From NCBI GenBank assembly GCA_028820845.1, contig JAPPII010000119.1, positions 1,228 to 65,227 on the forward strand: a stretch of 64,000 nt of DNA, in the 5' to 3' direction. Under the pieces are notes generated by a model. The model did not search any database, was not told where the DNA came from, and was given only the letters and a program-made list of their open reading frames with translations. This document shows, piece by piece, positions 53,569 to 63,206 of this stretch; position 1 is the first letter of the stretch, and each line of letters begins with the position of its first letter. The DNA comes from Candidatus Poribacteria bacterium (lineage in GTDB: Bacteria; Poribacteria; WGA-4E; WGA-3G). The translations under genes were made by a program, and so were the position numbers.

Positions 53569-54357
53569 ATGGCGCAAGTTGTTCCCTTACGATACGATAC
53601 TGCTTTCAAAAAAGCGTTCAGTCAACCAGAAATCTTCTGTCAATTTGCTGAAGATGTCTTAGGTATCAATTTCCACACCGATGAGGTGCACCGTGGTTAC
53701 AAATTTCTTGAACCCATCGGGCAAGTTGATATTGAATACGATTTGTTTGCTGAGGATCCGGAATCTCGTATTGTGGTTGAGATACAACACGTCAAAGAAC
53801 GACACTTCTACGATCGTTTCTTATATTACCACCTCATCAACCTCGTCGAACAGGTGAAAAATAGCAAAGCATATCAGTTCGATCGAACAGTTTACACAAT
53901 TGTTGTCCTAACAAGTCCATATAGCGAGAGCGAGATTGACTTCAGTGTTGCCATCACAGATTTCAACCCAATCAACGAATTTAACCGCAAAGTCGATGTC
54001 TATCCGCATCAACTTGTGTTTGTGGTACCGCGTATGGTTAATGACAAAACGCCATCTGGCATCAAAGCGTGGTTGGAACTCGTGTTGGATTCTCTGGATG
54101 GTGAGATAGACGAAAACTCCTACAACTCCCCAATTTTTGGGAAGGTGATTGATGCGGTTAAACGTGACAATATTTCTCCTGCGGAGCGTCGGATACTCAA
54201 AGATGAAGAGTCTTGGGAAGATACGCTAATAGATGTGAAAGAAAAGGAAAAGGAAACCATCGCACGCGCACTGATTAGCGAAGGCATAAGCACTGAAGTC
54301 ATTGCAAGAGCAACGGGCATCCCAGAAACAGAAATCGAAAAACTGAGGCAATCATGA
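53569..54357 (+). CDS. PD-(D/E)XK nuclease family, Rpn/transposase-like protein
   Basis: YDTAFKKAF N-terminus, DIEYDLFAEDPESRIVVEIQHVK (D...E-x-Q core), FYDRFLYY. C-terminal helical HTH-like tail. Confidence 0.7.
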   Translation: MAQVVPLRYDTAFKKAFSQPEIFCQFAEDVLGINFHTDEVHRGYKFLEPIGQVDIEYDLFAEDPESRIVVEIQHVKERHFYDRFLYYHLINLVEQVKNSKAYQFDRTVYTIVVLTSPYSESEIDFSVAITDFNPINEFNRKVDVYPHQLVFVVPRMVNDKTPSGIKAWLELVLDSLDGEIDENSYNSPIFGKVIDAVKRDNISPAERRILKDEESWEDTLIDVKEKEKETIARALISEGISTEVIARATGIPETEIEKLRQS

Positions 54358-54415
54358 GCACCGAGGTGTGTTAATATAATGAATCAGAAAAACAGATACA
54401 CAAGGAGGCTATATC

Positions 54416-56056
54416 ATGCAGAACAGACCTCCGACAATCGGCGAATACTTACTCAGGAAACTGGAAAGTTATGGCATTGAACACATCTTCGGCATCCCTG
54501 GCGATTATGTACTGCGGTTCTACAACCTCATTGAGCAGAGTCCAATCCAGCATGTCGGCATGACCCGTGAGGACGCAGCCGGTTATGCAGCGGATGCCTA
54601 CGCACGTACAAAAGGGATGGGTGCTGTCTGCGTTACCTATTGCGTCGGCGGGTTGTCAACGGTGAACGCTGTCGCGGGTGCCTATGCCGAAAAATCACCC
54701 GTTGTTGTTATCAGCGGCGCGCCGGGTATCAAAGAACGTGGAAACGATGCCCTCCTTCATCACAAAGTTAGGGATTTCCATACACAGCAACGCATCTATG
54801 ACGAGATAACCGTTGCGACCGCCCTACTCGACGAACCCTTTACCGCTTTCAACGAAATCGATCGTGTACTTGATGCCGTGTATCGCTATAAACGTCCGGG
54901 ATACATTGAAATCCCGCGCGATATGGTAGATGTCCGCGGCACACTCTATCAAGGTCCTTCGACTGGCAAACATATTAGCGACCCAGATGTGTTGGACGCT
55001 GCCGTTGACGAGGCATGCGATTTTATCAATAAGAGCAAAAAACCGGTAATCCTTGCAGGCGTAGAACTCCACAGATTCGGCTATCAAGACAAATTGATGC
55101 GGTTGGCGGAAGAAAAACGGATTCCCGTCGTGGCGACGCTCCTCGGGAAATCCGTGATCCCCGAATCGCATCCGCTCTACTTGGGGATTTATGAAGGCGC
55201 GATGGGCAAGCAGGAAGTGAGAGCGTTTGTCGAAGATTCGGATTGCGTGATTATCCTCGGTGCTTTCATGACCGACGTGAACCTCGGAATCTATACCGCA
55301 AATCTTGACCGCGCCCGTTCTATCTATGCTACGTCCGAAAAACTTACTGTCCGCTACCACACCTACGAAGATGTGATGTTCGACGATTTCATCGACGGTA
55401 TTAATTCCGCCAAACTCCGAAAACGAAGGAAACTCAACTTAAACCGGGCATTTCGAGACACAGAACCGTTTGCGGTTGACCCTAAAGCACCGCTGACAGT
55501 CAGTCGTCTCTTCCAACATCTCAACGAATTTATTAGCGATGAACTCACAGTGATCGCCGATGTCGGTGACAGTCTCTTTGGAGCCGTAGAACTGAAAATA
55601 CATCAACACACCAACTTTATCAGTCCGGCTTACTATACTTCAATGGGTTTTGCAGTGCCAGCATCCGTTGGCGCGCAATTGAGTATGCCAGATACGCGGT
55701 GTCTTGTTATCGTTGGAGACGGTGCTTTCCAGATGACAGGTACCGAACTCTCAACGACCGTACGCCACGGATTTAACCCGATTATCCTTGTTTTAAACAA
55801 CCACGGATATGGCACGGAGCGACACCTGCTTGAAGGCCCTTTTAATGATATTGGGTGCTGGAATTACAGCGGTATGCCAACACTCTTCGGAACAGGACGC
55901 GGGTTCCACGTCCGAACCGAGGGCGAATTTGACGAAGCCATTAAAGCCGCACTTGCTGAGACGCGACACTTTACGTTGATTGAGGCAGAACTTGAAAAGT
56001 TGGATACCTCACCCGCACTTGCTCGGCTGGCAGAGCGGATGGCTGGCGAAATCTAA
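54416..56056 (+). CDS. Thiamine-diphosphate-dependent alpha-keto-acid decarboxylase (indolepyruvate/phenylpyruvate/pyruvate decarboxylase family)
   Basis: TIGEYLLRKLESYGIEHIFGIPGDYVLRFYN, TPP motif GDGAFQMTGTELST...NNHGY. SD AAGGAGG. Confidence 0.85.
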   Translation: MQNRPPTIGEYLLRKLESYGIEHIFGIPGDYVLRFYNLIEQSPIQHVGMTREDAAGYAADAYARTKGMGAVCVTYCVGGLSTVNAVAGAYAEKSPVVVISGAPGIKERGNDALLHHKVRDFHTQQRIYDEITVATALLDEPFTAFNEIDRVLDAVYRYKRPGYIEIPRDMVDVRGTLYQGPSTGKHISDPDVLDAAVDEACDFINKSKKPVILAGVELHRFGYQDKLMRLAEEKRIPVVATLLGKSVIPESHPLYLGIYEGAMGKQEVRAFVEDSDCVIILGAFMTDVNLGIYTANLDRARSIYATSEKLTVRYHTYEDVMFDDFIDGINSAKLRKRRKLNLNRAFRDTEPFAVDPKAPLTVSRLFQHLNEFISDELTVIADVGDSLFGAVELKIHQHTNFISPAYYTSMGFAVPASVGAQLSMPDTRCLVIVGDGAFQMTGTELSTTVRHGFNPIILVLNNHGYGTERHLLEGPFNDIGCWNYSGMPTLFGTGRGFHVRTEGEFDEAIKAALAETRHFTLIEAELEKLDTSPALARLAERMAGEI

Positions 56057-56062
56057 TAAGGG

Positions 56063-56173
56063 CTGTTAGCAGTCAGCGGTCAGGGCGGATTTTTCAAAAA
56101 TCCTTTCAGCAGTCAGTTTTAAGAGGTTTTCGTCTAAGTAAGAATCCTTCTTCTTGCTGATGGCTGATAACTA
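56063..56173. repeat. Heptamer-type arms in inverted arrangement with central perfect palindrome
   Basis: CTGTTAG CAGTCAG CGGTCAG ... CTTGCTGATGGCTGATAAC. Palindrome GGATTTTTCAAAAATCC at 56087-56103. Lies between convergent genes. Confidence 0.7.
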
Positions 56174-56974
56174 TCATAGGGCAGCGATTTTTTCACGTAA
56201 GAAACCTGTACAAAATGGCACCTGTTCTTCCGAGAGTCCGTGCAGCACCACAGCCCCGTCATAGCCGCTCTCCTTCAGCAAGCCGAGGTATTGGTCGTAG
56301 TCCAGCAGCCCTGTTCCAGCGGCGAGGTGTCCGGCTTGACCGTCGCGGTCTAAGTCCTTCGCGTGGGCAAGTGCAATATCGTCGCCAAGCAGTTCAAACG
56401 CCTCGTCAAGGATTTCGCGCATCTTCGGGAGTTCGCCTTCGTGGAAGATGTTCGCGCCATCCATACACACTTTTAGATACGGCGACTGCATCTCATCAAG
56501 CAAACGACGCGCTTTCTGCGCTGAATCAATCACGTTTGCGACTTCAGGCTCAAAGGCGAGTGTCACGTCGTATTCCTCGGCGACCTCTAACGCCTGCCGC
56601 ATCGACTTAACGAGATCCCGCCATGCCGATGCCGAGTTATTATCGGGATGTGCGCGCCACATGCTGTCCGGATCCCGTGAGCCGGTGCAGATCGTGATTA
56701 CCGATGTCCCCATCGGGGCGCACTGCTCAGCGACAGAACGCAACATTCGCAATCCGGCGTGCCGCTTCTCAACATCGGGATCAATCATATTGTAAGTCCC
56801 TCCAAGTGCTGAGATTGTGATCTGTCGGTCATCCAGTGCCTTGCGGACCTCCGCAAGCGACAGTCCCGCAGGCACATGATATTGTAAATGATGGACATCG
56901 TGTGCCGCAATGGCATCCAGTGTTTCACTGAGCGTCTCCCGTCGAATCGTCCCCACCATAAGTCCAACGTGCAT
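56174..56974 (-). CDS. Sugar phosphate isomerase/epimerase (xylose isomerase-like TIM barrel)
   Basis: Typical pattern LAFEPE, VCMDGANIFH, HAKD. 266 aa. Confidence 0.8.
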   Translation of the reverse strand: MHVGLMVGTIRRETLSETLDAIAAHDVHHLQYHVPAGLSLAEVRKALDDRQITISALGGTYNMIDPDVEKRHAGLRMLRSVAEQCAPMGTSVITICTGSRDPDSMWRAHPDNNSASAWRDLVKSMRQALEVAEEYDVTLAFEPEVANVIDSAQKARRLLDEMQSPYLKVCMDGANIFHEGELPKMREILDEAFELLGDDIALAHAKDLDRDGQAGHLAAGTGLLDYDQYLGLLKESGYDGAVVLHGLSEEQVPFCTGFLREKIAAL

Positions 56975-57106
56975 AAATCTCTCCTGTTAAATGATAGTTC
57001 GTCGTCCGTTCAGTCTAAAAAAACATGGTGATTATACAATACAAAAGATCGGATGGCAAGAAAAAATGCCTTGCTCATTTTGGGGCATGTGTAAATATTT
57101 TGTCAA

Positions 57107-57152
57107 TTGTCTGAATCGCGGATTGACGCGGATGACACAGATGACGCGGATT
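57107..57152. repeat. Nonamer-periodic CGCGGAT repeat
   Basis: TTGTCTGAATCGCGGATT GACGCGGAT GACACAGAT GACGCGGATT. Homologous to 24303-24348 (opposite strand). Confidence 0.8.
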
Positions 57153-57357
57153 TTAAGACTTCCTTCTGTCAAATTATGGCTTATATAACTGTCGCGAGCG
57201 TGAAGAAACTCCCAAGCAAAAACACTCGCTCCTACAGCAAAAAGCTGTCAGCGGTTAGCAATTAGCGAACAGCCGTCTTGACATTATAATATGTTCATGA
57301 TAGGATATTCCACATTCAACAACGGGACTATACATCAAAAAATATGAAAGGGAAATT

Positions 57358-58134
57358 ATGTCAAGAATACCAATTGGTTTAGAGTTGTTTTCTGTCCGAA
57401 ATGAGTTGGCTGAAGATGTCCGCGGCACGATAAAAGCGGTCGCTGAAATGGGATATGAAGGCGTTGAATTCGCGGGTCCACCGCAACATTCGGCGGAAGA
57501 GTTGAAAGGCTATCTTGATGAGTTCGGTTTGGTCTGTTGCGGTTGGCACACGCCGTTCAACCTCGTCCAAGAAGACACCCTCGACGCAACGATTGAATTC
57601 AACAAGGTCTTGGAAAACCCTTATATCATCGTTCCCGGTATCCCAGGCGAACTCCGTCAATCGCGGGCGGACTGGCTGAAGTTAGCGGATATTTTCAACG
57701 GCATTGCCGATAAACTCGCCGCACACGGTATGGTGACGGGGTATCACAACCACCACGTCGAATTTACACCCCTTGATGGCGAAATACCGTGGGACACCTT
57801 TTTCGGTAATACCAACGAAGGCGTTGTGATGCAGCTGGATATGGGCAACGCGCTCTCTGGGGGTGCTGATCTCGTAGGTATTCTGGAGAGATACCCGGGT
57901 CGCTCTGGCACCGTCCATCTCAAACCTTACAACGAATCGCTCGGTGAGGCGGATAGACACGCCGGTTTCCGTCCCATCATTGGGGAGGATAGTGTGCCGT
58001 GGGATGAGATCTTCCGGGTCTGTGAAACCACGGGTGGCACGAAATGGTATATCGTTGAATACGAGAGCGATGCGTTTCCGCCGCTTGAGGCTGTCGAACG
58101 CTGCCTGAAAGCACTCAAGGCGATGGGGAAATAG
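57358..58134 (+). CDS. Sugar phosphate isomerase/epimerase (xylose isomerase-like TIM barrel)
   Basis: GYEGVEFAG, GYHNHHVEF, MQLDMGN, VHLKP pattern. Confidence 0.8.
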   Translation: MSRIPIGLELFSVRNELAEDVRGTIKAVAEMGYEGVEFAGPPQHSAEELKGYLDEFGLVCCGWHTPFNLVQEDTLDATIEFNKVLENPYIIVPGIPGELRQSRADWLKLADIFNGIADKLAAHGMVTGYHNHHVEFTPLDGEIPWDTFFGNTNEGVVMQLDMGNALSGGADLVGILERYPGRSGTVHLKPYNESLGEADRHAGFRPIIGEDSVPWDEIFRVCETTGGTKWYIVEYESDAFPPLEAVERCLKALKAMGK

Positions 58135-58195
58135 CGGTTAGTGGTCAGCAATCAGCGGTCAGCAGTCAGCAATCAGCGATTAGCAGTCAGTTCGG
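58133..58195. repeat. Nine tandem heptamers AGCRRTY
   Basis: AGCGGTT AGTGGTC AGCAATC AGCGGTC AGCAGTC AGCAATC AGCGATT AGCAGTC AGTTCGG, starting inside the stop codon of the upstream gene. Confidence 0.9.
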
Positions 58196-58212
58196 AGACG
58201 CTTTCACCCTCG

Positions 58213-58237
58213 GTAGGTGCGGTTTCCTAACCGCACC
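58213..58237. repeat. GGTAGG-hairpin family copy (inverted orientation)
   Basis: GTAGG TGCGGTT TCCT AACCGCA CC. Confidence 0.8.
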
Positions 58238-58289
58238 GGGCACAACGTTCAAGTAATTCTAAAATTTACTATAGTTGGAGTAAACTTTG

Positions 58290-59048
58290 ATGAGAACCTA
58301 TCGGGCAAGCACGCTTCCCTTCTCCCAGTTCTCTTTGACGGAGTTCGTGGGTGAACTACACCAAGCGGGAGTATCTGCTATTGAACTCGCCCAAGTCCAT
58401 TATTCAGATGTGGCAGCCGAAACTATTGCAACACTCCGAGACGAAACGGGCCTCCATTTCACATCTATGCTGAGCACGGTGGGGGTGGACGCGCCAGATG
58501 GGCTTGCAGCGTTAATCTCGATTCTCGACACTGCCCAAAGGCTTTCTATTTCAACAGTCAGTATCGCGAGTGGTGGCAATGAAACCGCCACCGCTCGTGA
58601 GATTGAAATAATCATTGATCATCTCAAGACAGTCACTGCTGAAGCAGCGGCGCGCAATCTGAACCTTATCCTCTACGCCCATGAGGGAAGTCTCGCCTAC
58701 AACCTTGAACGCACGCAACACATCCTCAACGCGATTCCCTCTGACAATTTAGGCTTCTACTACAGCCCGTACCACTTTCATCGCGCTGGAGACGATCCTG
58801 TTGTCGCCTTGCGCGCCTTGTCAGAACGGTTGTCCAGTGTCTATTTCAACTGTGGTGTGGATTCAAAGACAGGCAGCGAGCCGTTTTGGGCACCCGAGAT
58901 GGATTTTCGCGCCATCTGTCAGGAGATAGAACGCGTCGGCTACGCTGGGGAAATCATGCTCATCTATCTGGGATTGCAAGCGGAGACACCGCAACCGATT
59001 ATTGAAGGTGTCGCAAACGCACGCGCGAAATTAGAAACTTATTTCTAA
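58290..59048 (+). CDS. Sugar phosphate isomerase/epimerase-like TIM barrel protein
   Basis: Weak but typical pattern (AIELAQ..., LILYAHEGS, YYSPYHF). ATG 58290 or TTG 58287. Confidence 0.65.
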   Translation: MRTYRASTLPFSQFSLTEFVGELHQAGVSAIELAQVHYSDVAAETIATLRDETGLHFTSMLSTVGVDAPDGLAALISILDTAQRLSISTVSIASGGNETATAREIEIIIDHLKTVTAEAAARNLNLILYAHEGSLAYNLERTQHILNAIPSDNLGFYYSPYHFHRAGDDPVVALRALSERLSSVYFNCGVDSKTGSEPFWAPEMDFRAICQEIERVGYAGEIMLIYLGLQAETPQPIIEGVANARAKLETYF

Positions 59049-60302
59049 TTACTGGCTCCCTTGCGAATCTTTCAATCTTTCCAATAGATCCGTCATCTCG
59101 GCGTGAATCTGTTCTTCAACCGATGGTAGTAATGCTAACCGATAGGGACCGCTGAGGGCGTGGTTCCGCGGTCCCGCTTCATAGCCCGCTCGTAACCCCA
59201 AATCGTAAGCCTTCTTGGTCGCAATGTAGACTTCGCTGCCGTTCGTATAGCCGAAGACAAAAGTATGTAAGAACGGCGATGTTTCGTCTACAAAGAGTTG
59301 ATACGCCGAAAAGAGTTCATGAGATACGGACAGGAAACAGAGCGCGTCCCCAACAGCAAACGCACTCATGGGGAAGGGTAAGGTGCGTTTCTCACCGCTC
59401 TTCGCGACCTCTAACAGGGCAACGTAGCGTTCATCGCCAGGGAATTCTTCAATCAACTGCTTACATTCCGCAACCGAAGGCGGATCTCGGAACGGTAAAT
59501 CGACGAGCTTTGAACACACTTTAAGGGGTGCGACAGGAACCTCTTTTGCTGTTTTCAAGGCTTGGTGTGTCGCAAAGGCGAGGGTGAATCCAGCGACATC
59601 GCAGGCATCGAAACCACCGCGCAGCGGATATCCGTTAATATCCGCTGCGCAGCCTTGGGCAAACAGCAAAACGCTTTCCGGCTTCAGATCCAAGAAATTG
59701 CGAAGATGTTCAACGGCATAACCGGGATAATCGGCACCCATCTCCTCGCTCGACCAGTGGACAATCACGGGGTGCGCAGCGTGTGAGAACAACACGGCGA
59801 TGATTTGTCCATCTGTATCGTAAGCACCTAACACATCAACCCACGGAACAACAGAGCCCTCTGGGTTGGGTGCCATAATAATATAACCCTCGTCATTCAT
59901 TATGCGGCGGTTGTAGCCGATTTGGACAGGCGCGCGTCCTGACCGCAAGGTTGCGGGTTCAAGGGCATCTACCGCATCTTTCACCAATTCAGCGAGACCG
60001 GTTGCTAACCACGCCTCGGACTCTTTCGTTATCCACCGTCCGTCAACCCCCGGTGCATTATGCGTATGGCTACAGTTGATGACGACGTGCGCTGGCGGTA
60101 TGCCTGTGGCACCCTGGATTGCATCGAGTAGTACTTTGTTGTAGTGGAGCGGGAATTGCCCATAGTCGGCTGTTACGATAGCAAGTTGTTTTTCACCATC
60201 AGCGAGTACCAAAGCGCGAGCATACAACTCAGCATAAACATCGGGTTTGTCCTTTATGGAGGTAATCGTAGTCTCTGCTGCACCTACCATGAGGGTGGTC
60301 AT
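59049..60302 (-). CDS. Hypothetical protein, neutral/alkaline ceramidase N-terminal-like (tentative)
   Basis: N-terminal MVGAAETTIT...ARALVLADGEKQLAIVTAD resembles ceramidase-like hydrolases. SHTHNAPG and FSHAAHP are His-rich motifs. Confidence 0.45.
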   Translation of the reverse strand: MTTLMVGAAETTITSIKDKPDVYAELYARALVLADGEKQLAIVTADYGQFPLHYNKVLLDAIQGATGIPPAHVVINCSHTHNAPGVDGRWITKESEAWLATGLAELVKDAVDALEPATLRSGRAPVQIGYNRRIMNDEGYIIMAPNPEGSVVPWVDVLGAYDTDGQIIAVLFSHAAHPVIVHWSSEEMGADYPGYAVEHLRNFLDLKPESVLLFAQGCAADINGYPLRGGFDACDVAGFTLAFATHQALKTAKEVPVAPLKVCSKLVDLPFRDPPSVAECKQLIEEFPGDERYVALLEVAKSGEKRTLPFPMSAFAVGDALCFLSVSHELFSAYQLFVDETSPFLHTFVFGYTNGSEVYIATKKAYDLGLRAGYEAGPRNHALSGPYRLALLPSVEEQIHAEMTDLLERLKDSQGSQ

Positions 60303-60366
60303 AAGAAGTCTCCCGGTTTCGTCCGCTACAAATCGTAAAGGGCAACGGCACGCGGCGCGTGCCTGC

Positions 60367-61425
60367 TTATGTCAAATCTGTGAGTTGCGGCATCACTTCA
60401 TTCTTAAGAAGCGTCATCGAATTCAACCATTGCTCCTTCGGCTCCCACTCGTGCCCCATGGCGAGCAAGACCCCAAAACCGCCGACTTCGTCGTAGAGTT
60501 CGCGCAAGCGATTCGCGACGTGATCCGGACTTCCGACAATCCACAAAGTATCCAATAGATGTTCGAGCGTCATATCTGCGTCGTCCATATCTGGATCGGG
60601 TTTGAAGTTTCCTGGGCTAAACAGGTTAAACCAATAGTCCCTAAAATCGCGTCCGAGCGTGCCTTCGAGTGCCTCTTTTCGCGCTTGCTCGGTGGTATCC
60701 GCAACGTAGACCTCGCGAGCAATACGCCACGTTGAACGCGAGGGCGATAATCCCGCCTGCTCTGCGCCTTCTTCGACCGCGTCCCAATGCGTCTTGATAA
60801 CAGAAACATGTGCCAGATTAATGCTCATGGGAATCCAACCGCGTTCGCCAGCAAGAACGAGTGTATCAGATCTGGGTGACGATCCTGCCATCGCAATCGG
60901 CGGATGCGGTTTCTGGTACGGTTTCATGTGGACGCTGACAATGTTTGGGCGGTCTTCGGGAATTTTAAACTCCCAGAAATCGCTCTTGTAATGTCCAGGT
61001 TCTGGATCCGTCCAAATCTTGAGTACTGCTTCAATCCCTTCTCGGGTTGATTGCCGTCTGTCGCCGTCCGCCATGAACATTTCCGCATCGCTTGGTGTGG
61101 AACTTGAACCAACCCCCCAATGAAAACGTCCATGCGTCTGATGGTCCAGTTGTGCGATGCGATGCGCCACAACCGCAGGATTGTGTATCGGCATACATGT
61201 AATTCCCGTGCCGAAGATGATGTTTTCTGTCATCGCAGCCGCTTTTGCAATAAAGAGATCCGGAGACGGAATGTTCTCCCATGTAAACGTAAAATGCTCA
61301 CCAACATAAGCTTCTTTATAACCCAACTCGTCCAAGACGACCATCTGCTCAATATCGTGATCGAGCGTTTTAGTGGTGTCGCTACCCGGGGGGTGTAAAG
61401 GCATTGTGAAAAAACCGAGTTCCAT
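60367..61425 (-). CDS. LLM-class (luciferase-like) flavin-dependent oxidoreductase
   Basis: MELGFFTMPLHPP...LDELGYKEAYVGEHFT and overall TIM-barrel LLM pattern. Confidence 0.8.
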   Translation of the reverse strand: MELGFFTMPLHPPGSDTTKTLDHDIEQMVVLDELGYKEAYVGEHFTFTWENIPSPDLFIAKAAAMTENIIFGTGITCMPIHNPAVVAHRIAQLDHQTHGRFHWGVGSSSTPSDAEMFMADGDRRQSTREGIEAVLKIWTDPEPGHYKSDFWEFKIPEDRPNIVSVHMKPYQKPHPPIAMAGSSPRSDTLVLAGERGWIPMSINLAHVSVIKTHWDAVEEGAEQAGLSPSRSTWRIAREVYVADTTEQARKEALEGTLGRDFRDYWFNLFSPGNFKPDPDMDDADMTLEHLLDTLWIVGSPDHVANRLRELYDEVGGFGVLLAMGHEWEPKEQWLNSMTLLKNEVMPQLTDLT

Positions 61426-61602
61426 TTTTTAATTTTTCCTTGCGGTTCGGTCAGGTAAGTTTGATAGATAAAGGGTCTCTCCGTAGACCCGCCCTCCGCT
61501 ACGCTTACGGGCTACGTGTTTAGGTATAACGGACACCCCTTCACCGAAAATCGACAACTGAGTGCAATTCCTAAATAGATATGTTTCGGTATGTTTCTAA
61601 AT

Positions 61603-61631
61603 TTGACAAAACCTGTAGTGTCTGTTATTAT
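61603..61631 (+). promoter_or_regulatory. Putative promoter of the substrate-binding protein gene
   Basis: TTGACA-17 nt-TATTAT. Confidence 0.5.
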
Positions 61632-61712
61632 TTTTCTTGGATAAGAGATTACCATAAACCTAAATATTTTTCAAATATTTTCTATTTTTTGCCAAAAGGA
61701 GAAAACCACAGT

Positions 61713-62906
61713 ATGCGTGCGAGAATTTTCGCTTTAACCTCGGTTATCCTATCCGCTTTTCTAAGTATTTATCTATTCGGATGCGACCGTATCAGTCATG
61801 TCGTTCAACCCGACGCCGTCACGACTCCGATCGAAACGACTTTAAAAATCGGTGTCATTCAGCCATCTAACACTTTTACAACCTTTAGCCAAGGCACTGA
61901 AACCGCTCGTGCCCAAATTAATAGCAACGGTGGCGTGCTGGGTATGGAAGTCGTCTTTATCAGCCGAGATAATCAACCCGTTGCGACGGAACCACCGACT
62001 CCGGAAGCAAGCGTTAGTGCTGCGAAAGAACTTATCGATATGGAAAACGTTTTCGCACTCTTAGGTCCCGTCTATTCTACCAATGCTGTCGAAGTCGGTC
62101 CGATTGCGCAACAAGCACAACGGCTCATGCTCCCCGGCTCCAGTGGTGCAAATGTACCCGCAGCAGGAGATCACGTCTTTCTCATTACCGTCCCGAACCC
62201 ATTTCAAGGGAAGGTGATGGCGGGTTTCGCAATGAACCCTGATGAACTTGGTGCTAAAACGGCAGCAACGATTATCGAGGAAGGCGATGTCTATACAATT
62301 GATCTTGTAGCGGCGTTTGAGGCGGCTTTTCAGGCAAACGGTGGAGAAATCGTCTATAGTGGTGCCTACACCGTAGGCGATACCAACTTCACTGGGCTGC
62401 TCACAGAAATCCACGAAACAATGCCTGATGTTATCTTCTGTCCGGGTTTCCAACCAGAAGTGCCATCGTTGATAAATGAAGCACGACAGATCGGTATCAC
62501 AGCAACTTTCCTCGGCGGGAGTGCGTGGGACGACAGGGAACGCTTCCTTAGCATCTTAGCAGATAACACTGTATTGGACGGGAGCTACTATCCTACGAAT
62601 TTCTCCGTAGCGACACAGGACGCAGATGTTCAAGAATTTGTAGGAAATTACATGGCACTGTTCGAGAGTCCACCGGACGGTATCGCTGCGTCGGGCTACG
62701 ATGCAATGCGACTTTTAGCACAAGCGATAGAGACAGCGGGTTCGCTTGATCTTATGGCAGTCCGTGATGCGTTCGCAGCAGTCAGTGGCTACAAAGGTGC
62801 TACAACTATCTCTCATTATGATGAAAACCGTCATCCTGTCAAAAGCCTTGCACTCCAAGTAATCCGCGACGGACAGGTTGAGCTCTACAAAGTCGTGGAA
62901 CCCTAA
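61713..62906 (+). CDS. ABC transporter substrate-binding lipoprotein (LivK/branched-chain amino acid-type, Peripla_BP_6-like)
   Basis: Lipobox YLFGC. LKIGVIQPSN, ALLGPVYS, pattern of type I periplasmic binding fold. ATG 61713 follows SD AAAGGAGAA. Confidence 0.75.
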   Translation: MRARIFALTSVILSAFLSIYLFGCDRISHVVQPDAVTTPIETTLKIGVIQPSNTFTTFSQGTETARAQINSNGGVLGMEVVFISRDNQPVATEPPTPEASVSAAKELIDMENVFALLGPVYSTNAVEVGPIAQQAQRLMLPGSSGANVPAAGDHVFLITVPNPFQGKVMAGFAMNPDELGAKTAATIIEEGDVYTIDLVAAFEAAFQANGGEIVYSGAYTVGDTNFTGLLTEIHETMPDVIFCPGFQPEVPSLINEARQIGITATFLGGSAWDDRERFLSILADNTVLDGSYYPTNFSVATQDADVQEFVGNYMALFESPPDGIAASGYDAMRLLAQAIETAGSLDLMAVRDAFAAVSGYKGATTISHYDENRHPVKSLALQVIRDGQVELYKVVEP

Positions 62907-62909
62907 GAG

Positions 62910-63170
62910 ATGAGTAGCCGCCAAAGTAGAATTAAAATCTTCTATGACCAAGAAGTTGATGTCCTTTATGTAACACGGGGCAACCCTAAATATACAGACT
63001 ACGTTGAATACGCAGAGGATATTATACTCCGTTTCCATCCAGAAACAAAGGAGTTAGTGGGATTCACGCTTATTGATTTTTCGCGTCACTTTGCCAATAA
63101 AGAATCGGACATCTCACTCCCCTTTAATATTGATTTCCACATGTTCGATACAATAGATATGTCATATTAA
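62910..63170 (+). CDS. DUF2283 domain protein
   Basis: IKIFYDQEVDVLYVT...EDIILRFHPETKELVGFTLIDFS is the DUF2283 pattern. Confidence 0.7.
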   Translation: MSSRQSRIKIFYDQEVDVLYVTRGNPKYTDYVEYAEDIILRFHPETKELVGFTLIDFSRHFANKESDISLPFNIDFHMFDTIDMSY

Positions 63171-63206
63171 AAACCGCTTTCACAGAAGAAGTAGAGGGAC
63201 CTTTTT

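Noticed and set aside
56991-57188. 65-aa ORF between the divergent TIM-barrel genes
   Set aside because: It runs through the nonamer repeat array and promoter region. No SD and no family resemblance.
58133-58195. Tandem repeats as a possible CRISPR array
   Set aside because: The unit length is 7 nt with no unique spacers. The same applies to the 9-mer and 10-mer arrays. No cas genes are in the window.
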